64,000 bases of DNA, taken from contig DATMSE010000130.1 in assembly GCA_035565575.1 (NCBI GenBank), positions 1,107 through 65,106 on the forward strand, given 5' to 3'. Under the pieces are notes generated by a model. The model did not search any database. It was given only the letters and a program-made list of their open reading frames with translations, and was not told where the DNA came from. Below, piece after piece: positions 22,011-31,966 of the stretch (its first letter is position 1; each line of letters starts with the position of its first letter). A program made the translations under genes and the position numbers. The DNA is from Xanthobacteraceae bacterium. Lineage in GTDB: Bacteria > Pseudomonadota > Alphaproteobacteria > Rhizobiales > Xanthobacteraceae.

Positions 22011-23282
22011 CTATTCCGCGGCCGCGAGCGCAGTTGGCGCGGCACGCGACTGTGATGCGTACATGAATGCGGAGATGCGCGGCATGATTTCCTTCCGGAA
22101 GCGTGATCCGTTGAACACGCCGTAATGCCCGACGTCCTTCTGGACGTAATGGACGCGTCGATTGGCCGGAATCGCGTTGCAGAGTCCGTGCGTTGCTTCG
22201 GTCTGGCCGAGTCCGGAAATATCGTCGTTCTCGCCTTCCACCGTCATCAGCGCAACGCGCCGGACCTTTGAAGGGTCGACCAGCTTACCGCGATGGGTCA
22301 TCTCACCCTTCGGCAGCGCCTGCCTGACGAAGACCTGGTCGACGGTCTGCAGATAATACTCTGCCGTCAGATCCATCACCGCGAGATACTCATCGTAGAA
22401 GTCGCGGTGCTTCTCGACCTTGTCGCCGTCACCCTTCACCAGATTATCGAACAGGCGGCGATGCGCATCGACATGGCGATCAAGATTCATGCTGACGAAG
22501 CCGGTGAGCTGCAGGAAGCCCGGATAGACATCGCGCATGAAGCCAGGATGCGGGAACGGCACCTTCGTGATGACATTGCTGCGGAACCAGTCGATGCCGC
22601 GCTCTTGCGCCAGATTGTTCACCGCGGTTGGATTGCGCCGCGTATCAATCGGCCCGCCCATCAGCGTCATCGACAGCGGCACGTTGGGATCGTTCGCGGC
22701 CTCCATCACCGAAACCGCCACGACGACAGGAACCGCGGGCTGACACACCGCGACGACATGGACGTCGCCACCGAGCAGATGCAGGATTTCGATGAGATAA
22801 TCGACGTAGTCATCGAGATCGAAGCGACCAGCCGTGAGCGGCACCATGCGCGCATCCGCCCAATCGGTGATGTAAACGTCATGTCCCGGCAGGAACGCCT
22901 CGACCGTGCCACGCAAGAGCGTTGCGTAGTGGCCTGACATCGGCGCTACGATCAATACGCGAGGTTGCGGTTTGCTGAGCGGCGTGGTGATGGCGCGATC
23001 GAAGTTCAGCAACCGACAAAACGGCTTTTCCCAGACCGAGCGAATGGCGACCGGCACGCGATGGCCTTCGACTTCGGTGTGGGTGATGCCCCATTCCGGC
23101 TTGCCGTAGCGACGCGTCATGCGCTCGAACAGCTCGCAGCCCGCCGCAATCGATTTGCCGAACTGCGTATGCGACCAGGGGTTGACCGGATTCTCGAACA
23201 GAATCTTGGTGGCGTCAGTCGCAGCGCGCGCCGGATTGAGCGAAGCGTGCCCCATCTCATACATCCAGTACAGCGGAGTCAT
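22011..23282 (-). CDS. phaZ: intracellular polyhydroxyalkanoate depolymerase
   Basis: PhaZ family opening MTPLYWMYEMGHASLNPAR with an alpha/beta-hydrolase body. Upstream ATG 23342 is possible, but that 20-codon extension has lower GC3. Confidence 0.85.
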   Translation of the reverse strand: MTPLYWMYEMGHASLNPARAATDATKILFENPVNPWSHTQFGKSIAAGCELFERMTRRYGKPEWGITHTEVEGHRVPVAIRSVWEKPFCRLLNFDRAITTPLSKPQPRVLIVAPMSGHYATLLRGTVEAFLPGHDVYITDWADARMVPLTAGRFDLDDYVDYLIEILHLLGGDVHVVAVCQPAVPVVVAVSVMEAANDPNVPLSMTLMGGPIDTRRNPTAVNNLAQERGIDWFRSNVITKVPFPHPGFMRDVYPGFLQLTGFVSMNLDRHVDAHRRLFDNLVKGDGDKVEKHRDFYDEYLAVMDLTAEYYLQTVDQVFVRQALPKGEMTHRGKLVDPSKVRRVALMTVEGENDDISGLGQTEATHGLCNAIPANRRVHYVQKDVGHYGVFNGSRFRKEIMPRISAFMYASQSRAAPTALAAAE

Positions 23283-23609
23283 GAGCGCGGAGCCACCTTG
23301 CACAGGCAGGTTCGGCGCACCGCCAAATTCACCAATCGCCATTAGCTAATCCCCGATCTGCTTTTTATTGCAACGCAGCAGTGTGACGGTTGCGTTGCGG
23401 AGCGTCAATCTATCTCTTTCGCTAATCCTCATCGGCTGAAGGGCTTTATGCTGGCAGGCTTGGGTTAACGGAAAGATCGTTCTTCGCCTTATCCCGGCAC
23501 CAATGGAACCCAAAATCTAGCAGTATGATCAAGGCCGGCATTCTTTTCAGGTCCCGCCGCGACGCAACGCGCATATCCAGCAAGGGACGCGATGCTTTAG
23601 AGTCAACGC

Positions 23610-24932
23610 ATGACCGACATCGCCTTTCCGAATTTTCACCATCCCCGGCGCAACATTCGCCTCGATACCATCCTGCGGCTGCGCTGGCTCGCCGCGCTGG
23701 GTCAGCTCGCTGCAATTTTCTTTGTCGTTCAAAGCCTTGACTTTGAAGTTCCGGTCATTCCCTGCGTCGCGATCATCGCCGCCTCGGCGCTCGTCACGCT
23801 GGCTCTGCAGATTATCCTCAACCCCATGGAGCGGCTCTCGCCGCGCTTTGCCGCTGCGCTGCTGGCATTGAATATCACCGAGCTCGCGGGTCTGCTGTAT
23901 CTGACGGGCGGACTCGAGAACCCGTTCTCATTCCTGTTTCTCGGCCCCGTGCTGATCTCGGCAACGGCGCTGCCGACCCGAATCACTATCGCCCTTGGTA
24001 TCTTCGCGGCGGTCTGCGCAACGGCCCTGGGCTTCTTTCATCTGCCACTGCCATGGAATGGCGACGAGCCGCTCGTGCTGCCGCCGGTCTACATGGCCGG
24101 CATCTGGCTTTCGATCCTGCTGGCGATCGGCGTCACCAGCCTCTACACATTTCAGGTCACCGAGGAAGCGCGCAAACTAGCTGATGCGCTGGCGGCAACC
24201 GAACTGGTGCTGACGCGCGAACAGCATTTGACGCAGCTCGACGGACTCGCCGCCGCAGCCGCCCACGAACTGGGGACGCCGCTCTCGACCATCTTCCTGA
24301 TCTCGCGCGAGCTTGAGCAGACCACACCGTCGGACAGTCCGATCGCCAGCGACCTCAGGACGCTGCGCGAACAAGCGCAGCGATGCCGCGACATTCTTGC
24401 CAAGATCGCTCAACTGTCATCGTCCGGCGCGCCGTTCGACCGCATGCCGCTGTCGACCTTGATCGAGGAAGCGGTCGCCCCGCATCGTGACTTCGGCATC
24501 GCCATCAAGATCCGCGTCGCGGCAGGGGAGCCTCCCGAGCCGACCAGCATGCGCAACCCCGCGATCCTCTATGGCGTCGGCAATATCCTGGAAAACGCCG
24601 TGGACTTCGCGCGGACCACGGTGGAAGTCGATGCACGCTGGACCGATGATCTTGTCGAGATCATCATTTCCGACGACGGTCCGGGCATCGCGCCGGATCT
24701 GCTAAAGCGCATCGGCGAGCCTTATTTGTCGCGTCGGCGCGGGGCCGACCAGACCCATCGCGAACGACGAGGGCTTGGCCTTGGCATCTTCATCGCACGC
24801 ACCTTTCTGGAGCGCTCCGATGCCGAAGTCACCTTTTCCAACCGGATATTTCCCGATCACGGCGCCGTGGTGCGGATCACATGGCCGCGCACGAGCTTCG
24901 AGAATACTCAGGCCGCACCGGCGGCGACCTAA
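23610..24932 (+). CDS. regS: RegB/PrrB/ActS-type redox-responsive sensor histidine kinase
   Basis: Six N-terminal TM helices, an H-box (AAAAHELGTPLSTI) and an HATPase domain. The partner RegA-like regulator is downstream. Confidence 0.88.
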   Translation: MTDIAFPNFHHPRRNIRLDTILRLRWLAALGQLAAIFFVVQSLDFEVPVIPCVAIIAASALVTLALQIILNPMERLSPRFAAALLALNITELAGLLYLTGGLENPFSFLFLGPVLISATALPTRITIALGIFAAVCATALGFFHLPLPWNGDEPLVLPPVYMAGIWLSILLAIGVTSLYTFQVTEEARKLADALAATELVLTREQHLTQLDGLAAAAAHELGTPLSTIFLISRELEQTTPSDSPIASDLRTLREQAQRCRDILAKIAQLSSSGAPFDRMPLSTLIEEAVAPHRDFGIAIKIRVAAGEPPEPTSMRNPAILYGVGNILENAVDFARTTVEVDARWTDDLVEIIISDDGPGIAPDLLKRIGEPYLSRRRGADQTHRERRGLGLGIFIARTFLERSDAEVTFSNRIFPDHGAVVRITWPRTSFENTQAAPAAT

Positions 24933-25104
24933 TTCCTCCCCTAAGTCGATGCGTATGATGGGTACCTATCATCCCGCGCACGGAACCGGAGGGCGATCAG
25001 ATTCCGGTGAAAAGGGCCTTCCTGCCACCGTCGCGACGATATGTGCCCTTGGATTTGCATGACAGCATCCCATATTCTGAAGATCGACAATCAAGGAAAT
25101 CACC

Positions 25105-25659
25105 GTGACCGCCATTGCCGAACTTGCCGCCGAAACCGATCGCTCGCTGATGATCGTGGAAGACGACAAACCGTTCCTGGAACGGCTGTCACGCGCCATG
25201 GAAACACGCGGCTTCACTGTCACCTCGTGTGAAAGCGTCTCTGACGGTCTCAATCACATCGGCAAGTCCGCCCCCGCCTTCGCCGTGGTGGACCTGCGGC
25301 TCGGCGACGGCAATGGCCTTGATGTCGTCGCCGCGCTGAAGCGCCAGCGCCCGGATGCGCGAGCGATCGTCCTGACCGGCTATGGCAACATCGCTACCGC
25401 GGTCACCGCCGTGAAGATGGGTGCGGTCGATTATCTCTCCAAGCCGGCCGATGCCGACGACGTTGTCGCTGCGCTGCTCGCCAGCGGCACCGAAAAATCG
25501 GAACTCCCAAGCAATCCGATGTCGGCGGACCGCGTGCGATGGGAGCATATCCAGCGCATCTACGAGCTTTGCAATCGCAACGTCTCGGAAACAGCGCGCC
25601 GCCTCAACATGCATCGGCGCACCTTGCAGCGCATTCTTGCCAAGCGCGCCCCGCGCTGA
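25105..25659 (+). CDS. regR: RegA/PrrA/ActR-type response regulator
   Basis: Receiver domain (LMIVEDDKP ... VVDLRLGDGNG) plus the highly conserved Fis-type HTH NVSETARRLNMHRRTLQRILAKRAP. GTG start. Confidence 0.92.
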   Translation: MTAIAELAAETDRSLMIVEDDKPFLERLSRAMETRGFTVTSCESVSDGLNHIGKSAPAFAVVDLRLGDGNGLDVVAALKRQRPDARAIVLTGYGNIATAVTAVKMGAVDYLSKPADADDVVAALLASGTEKSELPSNPMSADRVRWEHIQRIYELCNRNVSETARRLNMHRRTLQRILAKRAPR

Positions 25660-25674
25660 GGCAGAAGGCTTCGC

Positions 25675-26163
25675 TCAAGCCAGATCGTCGCGCACGTGGC
25701 CTTGCGGATCGACCAACCGGCTGATCCGCTGCGCCGCTGCCATGGCGAACCGCACTGTCATCAGCTTGCGCGTCGGCGCCGGCAGCCGATGCTCCGGGGC
25801 CTCGCAGTGCAAGTGTGCACCGTAGGCATCGGCGACGATCAGACCGGTATCGACGGGAAAAATCTCGCACGGCAGATCTTGCGTCGTAGCGAAGAACAGC
25901 CGGTCGCAATGCGCACGATATTCATGCCATTTGTGATCCGCGCGCAAATCCTCCACCGATGATTTGATCTCGACGATCCACAGGTCACCTCGGCCGTTGA
26001 GCGCCACCAGATCGGCGCGCCGCCCCGAGGGCAACGGCAATTCGCTGATGCAGGAAAAGCCGAGCTGTCCGAGCCAACGCGCCGTGCCGCGTGCGATCGC
26101 CGACGCCGTCTGCGACTGACGGCGATCGGGCGGCGGCACAATATTCAGCAGACGTGATTCCAT
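25675..26163 (-). CDS. MmcB-family DNA repair protein (PD-(D/E)xK nuclease-like)
   Basis: 162 aa with the pattern GRRADLVALNGRGDLWIVEIKSS..DL..DHKWHEY as I recall for MmcB homologs. Confidence 0.7.
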   Translation of the reverse strand: MESRLLNIVPPPDRRQSQTASAIARGTARWLGQLGFSCISELPLPSGRRADLVALNGRGDLWIVEIKSSVEDLRADHKWHEYRAHCDRLFFATTQDLPCEIFPVDTGLIVADAYGAHLHCEAPEHRLPAPTRKLMTVRFAMAAAQRISRLVDPQGHVRDDLA

Positions 26164-26321
26164 AGCCTTCGAACCCTAGCAGATTTCATCACCACACAGC
26201 AGCGCGAGATCGGTCTTCTGGGCCCGCAAGCGGCCGCCACGCGCAGCCTTGCGTCCAGCGCCGGTCTCGCGAGGGCACGGGGGTCGTGCAGCCGCGCGCC
26301 TGGCGCGGGTTTGGAGGTAAA

Positions 26322-27443
26322 ATGACATTCCCATCCACAATTCGCGGCTTCGTCCTGGCGATCGCAGCCCTGCCTTTTGTCGCCTCGGCGTCCCCGGTCG
26401 TGGCCAAGCCGACGATCGAGGTCGCTTTCGTGCTCGATACCACCGGTTCGATGAGTAACCTGATCGAGGGTGCCAAGCGCAAGATCTGGTCGATTGCGAC
26501 CGCGATCGCAGATGGCAATGCCGATGCCGACATCCGCATGGGTCTCGTCGCCTATCGCGATATCGGCGACGATTACGTGACCCGGACGTTCGATCTCACC
26601 ACGGACATTCAGGAGCTTTATGGGAATCTGCTGTCATTGCAGGCGCGAGGCGGGGGCGACTGGCCCGAAAGCGTCAACGAGGCGCTGGATGTGGCGGTCA
26701 ATCAACTCAAGTGGACATCAGGCGGCGAGGCGCGCCGCATCGTCTTTCTGGTAGGTGATGCACCGCCCCACATGGACTATGCGCAGGATACCAAGTACCC
26801 CGCCACGCTGGCGGCGGCCAGGCAGAAGAACATCATCGTCAACGCTGTTCTGGCGGGCAGTGCGCGTGACACCGAACGGGTATGGCGTGACATCGCCCAG
26901 GCCGGTGACGGCCAATTCATCCCGATCCCGCAGGACGGCGGTGAGGTGGTGGTGATCGAAACACCCTTCGATGGCGAAATCATCATTCTGCAGAATGAGA
27001 TCAACGGCACCGTGATCCCGTACGGGCCCCGCGCCCTGCAAAAGCGCACCGAGGAAAAGGCGCGGCAATTGTCCGACGTCGCGGCAGCCGCTCCCTCCGC
27101 CGCCAGCGACATGGCCAGCTATCTGAACAAACGTTCGCTCGCCTCCTCGGAAGCGATTACCGGTGGCGGCGATCTTGTCGGCGACGTCAACTCCGGCCGG
27201 CAGAAGCTCGCATCGCTCAAGGACGACGAACTGCCGGATTCGCTGCGCCAGCTCGCGCCGGAGCAGCGGGCCGCCGTCCTCGCCGAAAAGCTCACGACCC
27301 GCACCGCGCTCAATGCGAAGCTGGCGAAGCTGATCGCCAAACGCGAGGCCTTTGTGGCCGAGCAGCGCGCCAGGGCGCCACGCAAGCCATCGTCCTTCGA
27401 TCGCGTGGTGGAGGAGACGCTGAAGAAGCAAATCGCGCGGTAA
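26322..27443 (+). CDS. secreted von Willebrand factor type A domain protein
   Basis: GGAGG RBS. Signal peptide MTFPSTIRGFVLAIAALPFVASASPVVA. MIDAS-like VLDTTGSM. Long helical Ala/Lys/Glu-rich C-terminus. Confidence 0.8.
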   Translation: MTFPSTIRGFVLAIAALPFVASASPVVAKPTIEVAFVLDTTGSMSNLIEGAKRKIWSIATAIADGNADADIRMGLVAYRDIGDDYVTRTFDLTTDIQELYGNLLSLQARGGGDWPESVNEALDVAVNQLKWTSGGEARRIVFLVGDAPPHMDYAQDTKYPATLAAARQKNIIVNAVLAGSARDTERVWRDIAQAGDGQFIPIPQDGGEVVVIETPFDGEIIILQNEINGTVIPYGPRALQKRTEEKARQLSDVAAAAPSAASDMASYLNKRSLASSEAITGGGDLVGDVNSGRQKLASLKDDELPDSLRQLAPEQRAAVLAEKLTTRTALNAKLAKLIAKREAFVAEQRARAPRKPSSFDRVVEETLKKQIAR

Positions 27444-27604
27444 TACCACCGCCCGCCTCTGCAAAGGTGTCTTCCGGGGGCGCGTCTGAGCCCCCGGTCC
27501 GATCGGACGTCTTGCTCGTGTAATCCATACGGCATTCCACGAAAGCCGCTCAGGTGCGTTTACTTTGCACTTGGCTGCCTGACAAAAATCGGCAATGTGC
27601 GCGT

Positions 27605-28273
27605 ATGACCCAGGATTCCGAAGCAAAGCCCAAAGCTGGCGCCGCCATCATTCCCGTCACGCTGTTTCAGCAGAACTGCTTGTTACTCTGGTGCGAGACA
27701 TCGCGGCGCGCTGTGGTGTTCGATCCCGGCGGGGACGTCCCGACGATCGTCTCGGCGATCAATAAGGCCAACGTCACCGTCGAGCAGATCTGGCTGACCC
27801 ACGGACATATCGATCATGTGGGCGGCGCGGCGGAGTTGCGCGACCTTCTCAAGGTTCCGATTGTCGGCCCGCATCTCGACGATAAATTCCTGCTGGACCA
27901 TGTCGTGGAGAGTGGCGCCAATTTCGGTATGACCGGGGTCCGCAATTTCGCGCCTGATCGCTGGCTCGACCAGGGCGACAAAGTAGCGCTTGGGGAAATG
28001 ACTTTCGATATCCTGCATTGCCCCGGCCATTCGCCAGGCAGTGTGGTGTACTTCAATTCCGAAATGCGCTTCGCGCATGTCGGCGACGTGTTGTTCAACG
28101 GCTCGGTTGGACGAACCGATCTGCCGGGCGGCAACCATGCGACACTGATCAAATCCATCAAGGAAAAGCTGCTGCCGCTTGGCGACGACGTGCAGTTCAT
28201 CTGTGGCCACGGCTCCGGCTCCACCTTCGGTCACGAGCGCCAGACCAACCCATTCCTGAACGGCATGATGTAG
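27605..28273 (+). CDS. MBL-fold metallo-hydrolase (glyoxalase II-like)
   Basis: THGHIDHVGG metal motif. Trimmed to MTQDSEAK (ATG 27605). Confidence 0.85.
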   Translation: MTQDSEAKPKAGAAIIPVTLFQQNCLLLWCETSRRAVVFDPGGDVPTIVSAINKANVTVEQIWLTHGHIDHVGGAAELRDLLKVPIVGPHLDDKFLLDHVVESGANFGMTGVRNFAPDRWLDQGDKVALGEMTFDILHCPGHSPGSVVYFNSEMRFAHVGDVLFNGSVGRTDLPGGNHATLIKSIKEKLLPLGDDVQFICGHGSGSTFGHERQTNPFLNGMM

Positions 28274-28328
28274 TTGTCAGCAGTCGCAGTGCCGAGTGAT
28301 CATCGATACGTCCGCGAGGAAGACAGAT

Positions 28329-28574
28329 TTAGCGCAGCGGGGAGGCCCAATCCTCGATTTGCGAGGCGCCGATCACGCGCTTCGGTTGATAGGGGTTGAG
28401 AGTACCCGCCGTCGCTGACCAGCCCTTCGCCAGTATCTCAAGCGCGAAGGCTTTGGCCTCGTCCTCGGATTTAAATGTCCGTGTCGAGCGGACCGGACCA
28501 CCGGTCGCGCGCGCATCGGCTTTCAGTGTCTTGTCAGGCCCAAACGCAACGTACCAGATATCGGGACTTGTCAT
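28329..28574 (-). CDS. hypothetical small protein (81 aa)
   Basis: Compact ORF with normal composition (MTSPDIWYVAFGPDKTLKADARATGG...). No family recognised. Confidence 0.5.
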   Translation of the reverse strand: MTSPDIWYVAFGPDKTLKADARATGGPVRSTRTFKSEDEAKAFALEILAKGWSATAGTLNPYQPKRVIGASQIEDWASPLR

Positions 28575-28680
28575 GGGGCGGTAACGCAGGTGGCCGAAAA
28601 AGGTTTCATTATCGCAATTCCGCCTTCATCTTTCGGCGAAAACATGTCTTCGGTGCGAAGTGACCGCCGGGCAAAATGAT

Positions 28681-28720
28681 GTCCGCCGAGACTGCGCCTA
28701 CGGCTCCTCTCTCGGCGGAC
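28681..28720 (-). terminator. hairpin terminator after the DUF1236 gene
   Basis: GTCCGCCGAGA-N18-TCTCGGCGGAC, an 11-bp perfect stem. On the minus strand it is followed by ATCATTTTG. Confidence 0.45.
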
Positions 28721-28742
28721 AACGATTGGCCCTCCTTGAGGG

Positions 28743-29159
28743 CTATTCAACAACCTCCACGATACGGCGAGTGTGCGGATCGACCAGGACGGTCCGATCA
28801 TTCACCACCGTATAGCGATATCCTCGGACACCGTATTCAGGGGGGACCTCATAGTAAGTCACCCCCTGCTCAGGCAACACGACACCGACGCGAACGTCCT
28901 CACGGTAGTGATAGGAGGGGCGATGCTGCTCCACCACATAGCGGTGGAAACGCGGCCGTTGGTCCACGCCCAACACGCCGGCGACGCCGCCCACAACGCC
29001 ACCGATGGTCCCGCCGACGATCGCGCCAACCGGTCCGGCGGCGCGCTCGCCTTCCCGCGCGCCCTGCTCAATGCCGCCCGGCACGCCTTGCGCCTGCGCC
29101 ATGACGGGCATCGCGACAAGGGCGAGGAGAGTGGCAGCTCCAATCAAACGACGGTTCAT
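28743..29159 (-). CDS. DUF1236-like secreted protein
   Basis: Trimmed to MNRRLIGAATLLALVAMPVMAQA (signal peptide). Gly-rich segment, then the YYEVPPEYGVRGYRYTVVNDRTVLVDPHTRRIVEVV repeat typical of DUF1236. Confidence 0.7.
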   Translation of the reverse strand: MNRRLIGAATLLALVAMPVMAQAQGVPGGIEQGAREGERAAGPVGAIVGGTIGGVVGGVAGVLGVDQRPRFHRYVVEQHRPSYHYREDVRVGVVLPEQGVTYYEVPPEYGVRGYRYTVVNDRTVLVDPHTRRIVEVVE

Positions 29160-29421
29160 GAATGTCTCCTTGTGTGAAGAACCGGAGCATTCAAGCGGCG
29201 GCAGCAACATTCGTTCCGTGCAGACGACCGCAGGAACAATGCACGTCACAGAAAAATTTTCGGAACAAAACGGCGGTACGGCGCCAGCGCCGCCACACGC
29301 AGGCCTCTGATCGGCTCGCACTCGGCCATCAGCGCATTGGCCGCCACGCCTCGCCTCGGACAAGCGCAGTCACGACGAGGGACCGCATCTTGCGCCTCCA
29401 CGTGTCCTTTCTTATTACCGG

Positions 29422-30363
29422 TTAACCCCAGGGACCTCGGCGCGCCCCGCCGCCGTTCCACGGGCCTCGCGCGGGCGTCGGCGCTGCCGGTCGCGGCGGT
29501 GTGGACGGCGTGTAGCCGCCGCCGAATTGCATGGACAACTGCTGCAGGGCTGCGATGCGATTCGCCGTCGAGGGATGCGTGGCGAAGAGGTTGTCCATGC
29601 CCTGCCCCGACAAGGGATTGATGATAAACATATGCGCGGTGGCCGGCGCGCGCTCGGCATCCTCATTCGGCACCTGATGCGCGAAGTTCTCGATCTTCGC
29701 CAGCGCGGAGGCGAGCCACATCGGCTGCCCGCAGATGCGCGCGCCCATTTCGTCGGCAGCATATTCGCGGGTGCGGCTGATGGCCATCTGGACCAGCATC
29801 GCACCGAGCGGCGCGAGGATCATCATCGCCAGCGATCCGATGATACCGGGACCGTTGCTATTGCGGTTGCCACCGAAGAACATGCCAAACTGCGCCAGCA
29901 TCGAGATCGCGCCCGCGATCGTCGCGGTGACCGTCATCAGCAAAGTGTCGTGATGCTTGATGTGCGCCAGTTCGTGCGCCACCACGCCGGCCAGTTCTTC
30001 GCGACTTAACGACTGCATCAAGCCGGTGGTCACCGCCACGGCGGCATTCTCCGGGTTACGCCCGGTCGCGAAGGCATTTGGCTGCGGATTGTCCATGACG
30101 AAAACGCGCGGCATCGGCAGACCCGCGCGCGCAGCAAGATCGGCGACCATCCGGTGCAAATCCGGCGCGGTGCGGGCATCCACCTGCTGCGCGCCATACA
30201 TCGACAGCACCATGCGATCCGAATTCCAGTAGGCGAACAGATTGGTGCCGGCCGCGATCACCAGCGCGATGGTTGCGCCGCTCGCGCCGCCGATCAGATA
30301 GCCCACGCCCATGAACAGGCCGGTCAGGCCTGCCAGCAGGATCGCGGTTCGCAAGTAGCTCAT
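29422..30363 (-). CDS. htpX: zinc metalloprotease HtpX
   Basis: M48 motif [13 protein letters not shown] and TM helices. Trimmed to [13 protein letters not shown] (ATG 30363). Confidence 0.92.
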   Translation of the reverse strand: MSYLRTAILLAGLTGLFMGVGYLIGGASGATIALVIAAGTNLFAYWNSDRMVLSMYGAQQVDARTAPDLHRMVADLAARAGLPMPRVFVMDNPQPNAFATGRNPENAAVAVTTGLMQSLSREELAGVVAHELAHIKHHDTLLMTVTATIAGAISMLAQFGMFFGGNRNSNGPGIIGSLAMMILAPLGAMLVQMAISRTREYAADEMGARICGQPMWLASALAKIENFAHQVPNEDAERAPATAHMFIINPLSGQGMDNLFATHPSTANRIAALQQLSMQFGGGYTPSTPPRPAAPTPARGPWNGGGARRGPWG

Positions 30364-30404
30364 CAGTTCCTCCTCCACCGCGCGTACGGCGCGGCATATG
30401 CAGC

Positions 30405-30436
30405 AGATGGGAACGGCGCACCTGTCTGCGCAAGGG
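30405..30436 (-). promoter_or_regulatory. sigma-32 (RpoH)-like promoter upstream of htpX
   Basis: The minus strand reads CCCTTGCGC-N15-TCCCATCT, about 40 nt upstream of the htpX ATG. It resembles CTTGAA-N13-17-CCCCATnT. Confidence 0.3.
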
Positions 30437-30550
30437 AGACGGCTGCGGCGGCGCGTCGCGCATCTCTGCCAGGCCGCTGGCCAGAATCGGCCGATCTTGC
30501 AAATTGCGCTGCGGGGCCTCAGCTTCTTCGAATCGAGGAGGAGACACCCG

Positions 30551-31933
30551 ATGTCCATGCAAGGTTTGGCGGCGCCCGGCGAGGCAGGCTTGCTGCGACC
30601 GCCCAAACGCTCCGCTCTGGCCCATATCCCTGGTGACGAAGGCTGGCCGATCATCGGCCGCACCTTCTCGATCCTGGCCGATCCGCGGGGCGAGGTCGAG
30701 CGCATGGCCGCGACCTACGGTCCGGTCTATCGCAGCCGCGTGCTCGGTGAGACCAGCCTCAGCCTGCTCGGGCCCGAGGCCAACGAACTGGTGCTCTTCG
30801 ATCAGACCAAGCTGTTCTCCTCGACCTATGGCTGGGAACCCATTTTGGGACGACTATTTCCGCGCGGCCTGATGCTGCTCGATTTCGACGAGCACCGTCT
30901 GCATCGGCGGGCGCTCTCGGTGGCATTCAAGTCGGGACCGATGAAGTCGTATCTGGCGCAACTCGATTCCGGGATCGCCGCTCGGGTGGCGCGCTGGCGC
31001 CAGCAGCCACCGGGCACGATGCAATTCTATCCAGCAATGAAGCAGCTTACGCTCGATCTCGCCGCGACCTCATTCCTCGGCACCGATATCGGCCCCGAGG
31101 TCGAGGAGGTCACCACCGCTTTCATCGACATGATTGCCGCTTCGGTCTCGCCGGTGCGCAAGCCTTGGCCCGGCACCCAGATGGCACGCGGCGTCAAGGG
31201 ACGGGCCCGCATCGTCGCGTACTTCTCGCGTCAGATCCCGATCCGCCGCGAGAAGGGCGGCGACGATCTGTTCTCGCAATTGTGCCGCGCCACCCACGAC
31301 GACGGGGCGCTGCTGTCGACGCAGGACATCGTCGACCATATGAGTTTCCTGATTATGGCCGCGCACGACACGCTGACCTCGTCGCTCACCTCGCTGGTCG
31401 GTGCGCTCGCGGCCAATCCGCAATGGCAAAGAAAATTGCGCGACGAAATCATGGCGCTCGGTCTCGGCCGCGACGAGCCGATCAGCTTCGATAAGCTCGA
31501 AGCCATGCCGCTCACCGAAATGGCCTTCAAGGAAGCGATGCGGATGAAACCGCCGGTGCCGTCGATCCCGCGCCGCGCCACGCGCGATTTCAGCTTCAGG
31601 GGTTTCGCAATCCCGGCGGGGACCCTGGTCGGCATCAATCCGCTCTATACACACCACATGCCGACCATCTGGCCGGAGCCGGATGTCTTTGATCCTTTGC
31701 GCTTCACCGACGAGGCGCAGCGGGGCCGGCATCGCTTCGCCTGGATTCCCTTCTCGGGCGGCGCACACATGTGCCTCGGCCTGCATTTCGCCTATATGCA
31801 GGCGAAATGTTTCATGCGGCACTTCCTGCAGAACCTCGAGGTGTCGCTTGAACCCGGTTATGTGCCGGCGTGGCAAATGTGGCCGATTCCCAAGCCGAAG
31901 GACGGTCTGCACGTCATGTTGCGGGCGACGTAA
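30551..31933 (+). CDS. cytochrome P450
   Basis: Heme-thiolate loop [14 protein letters not shown] and an I-helix (AAHDTLTSS). Strong GAGGAGG RBS before ATG 30551. Confidence 0.9.
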   Translation: MSMQGLAAPGEAGLLRPPKRSALAHIPGDEGWPIIGRTFSILADPRGEVERMAATYGPVYRSRVLGETSLSLLGPEANELVLFDQTKLFSSTYGWEPILGRLFPRGLMLLDFDEHRLHRRALSVAFKSGPMKSYLAQLDSGIAARVARWRQQPPGTMQFYPAMKQLTLDLAATSFLGTDIGPEVEEVTTAFIDMIAASVSPVRKPWPGTQMARGVKGRARIVAYFSRQIPIRREKGGDDLFSQLCRATHDDGALLSTQDIVDHMSFLIMAAHDTLTSSLTSLVGALAANPQWQRKLRDEIMALGLGRDEPISFDKLEAMPLTEMAFKEAMRMKPPVPSIPRRATRDFSFRGFAIPAGTLVGINPLYTHHMPTIWPEPDVFDPLRFTDEAQRGRHRFAWIPFSGGAHMCLGLHFAYMQAKCFMRHFLQNLEVSLEPGYVPAWQMWPIPKPKDGLHVMLRAT

Positions 31934-31966
31934 CCAGCAACGCTCTTTATTTCGCGGGCCCTCAGC

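Noticed and set aside
23371-23399. Inverted repeat GCAACGCA-N13-TGCGTTGC upstream of phaZ, considered as a PhaR operator
   Set aside because: It has only 8-bp arms with a long spacer, and I cannot relate it to a known PhaR site from memory. It is left as an unassigned structure.
24949-25062. 37-codon sORF (MRMMGTYHPAHGTGG...) in the regS-regR spacer, at the position where senC/prrC sits in Rhodobacter
   Set aside because: It has no RBS, no hydrophobic segment and no CxxxC copper motif expected of SenC/Sco. It is probably a chance ORF.
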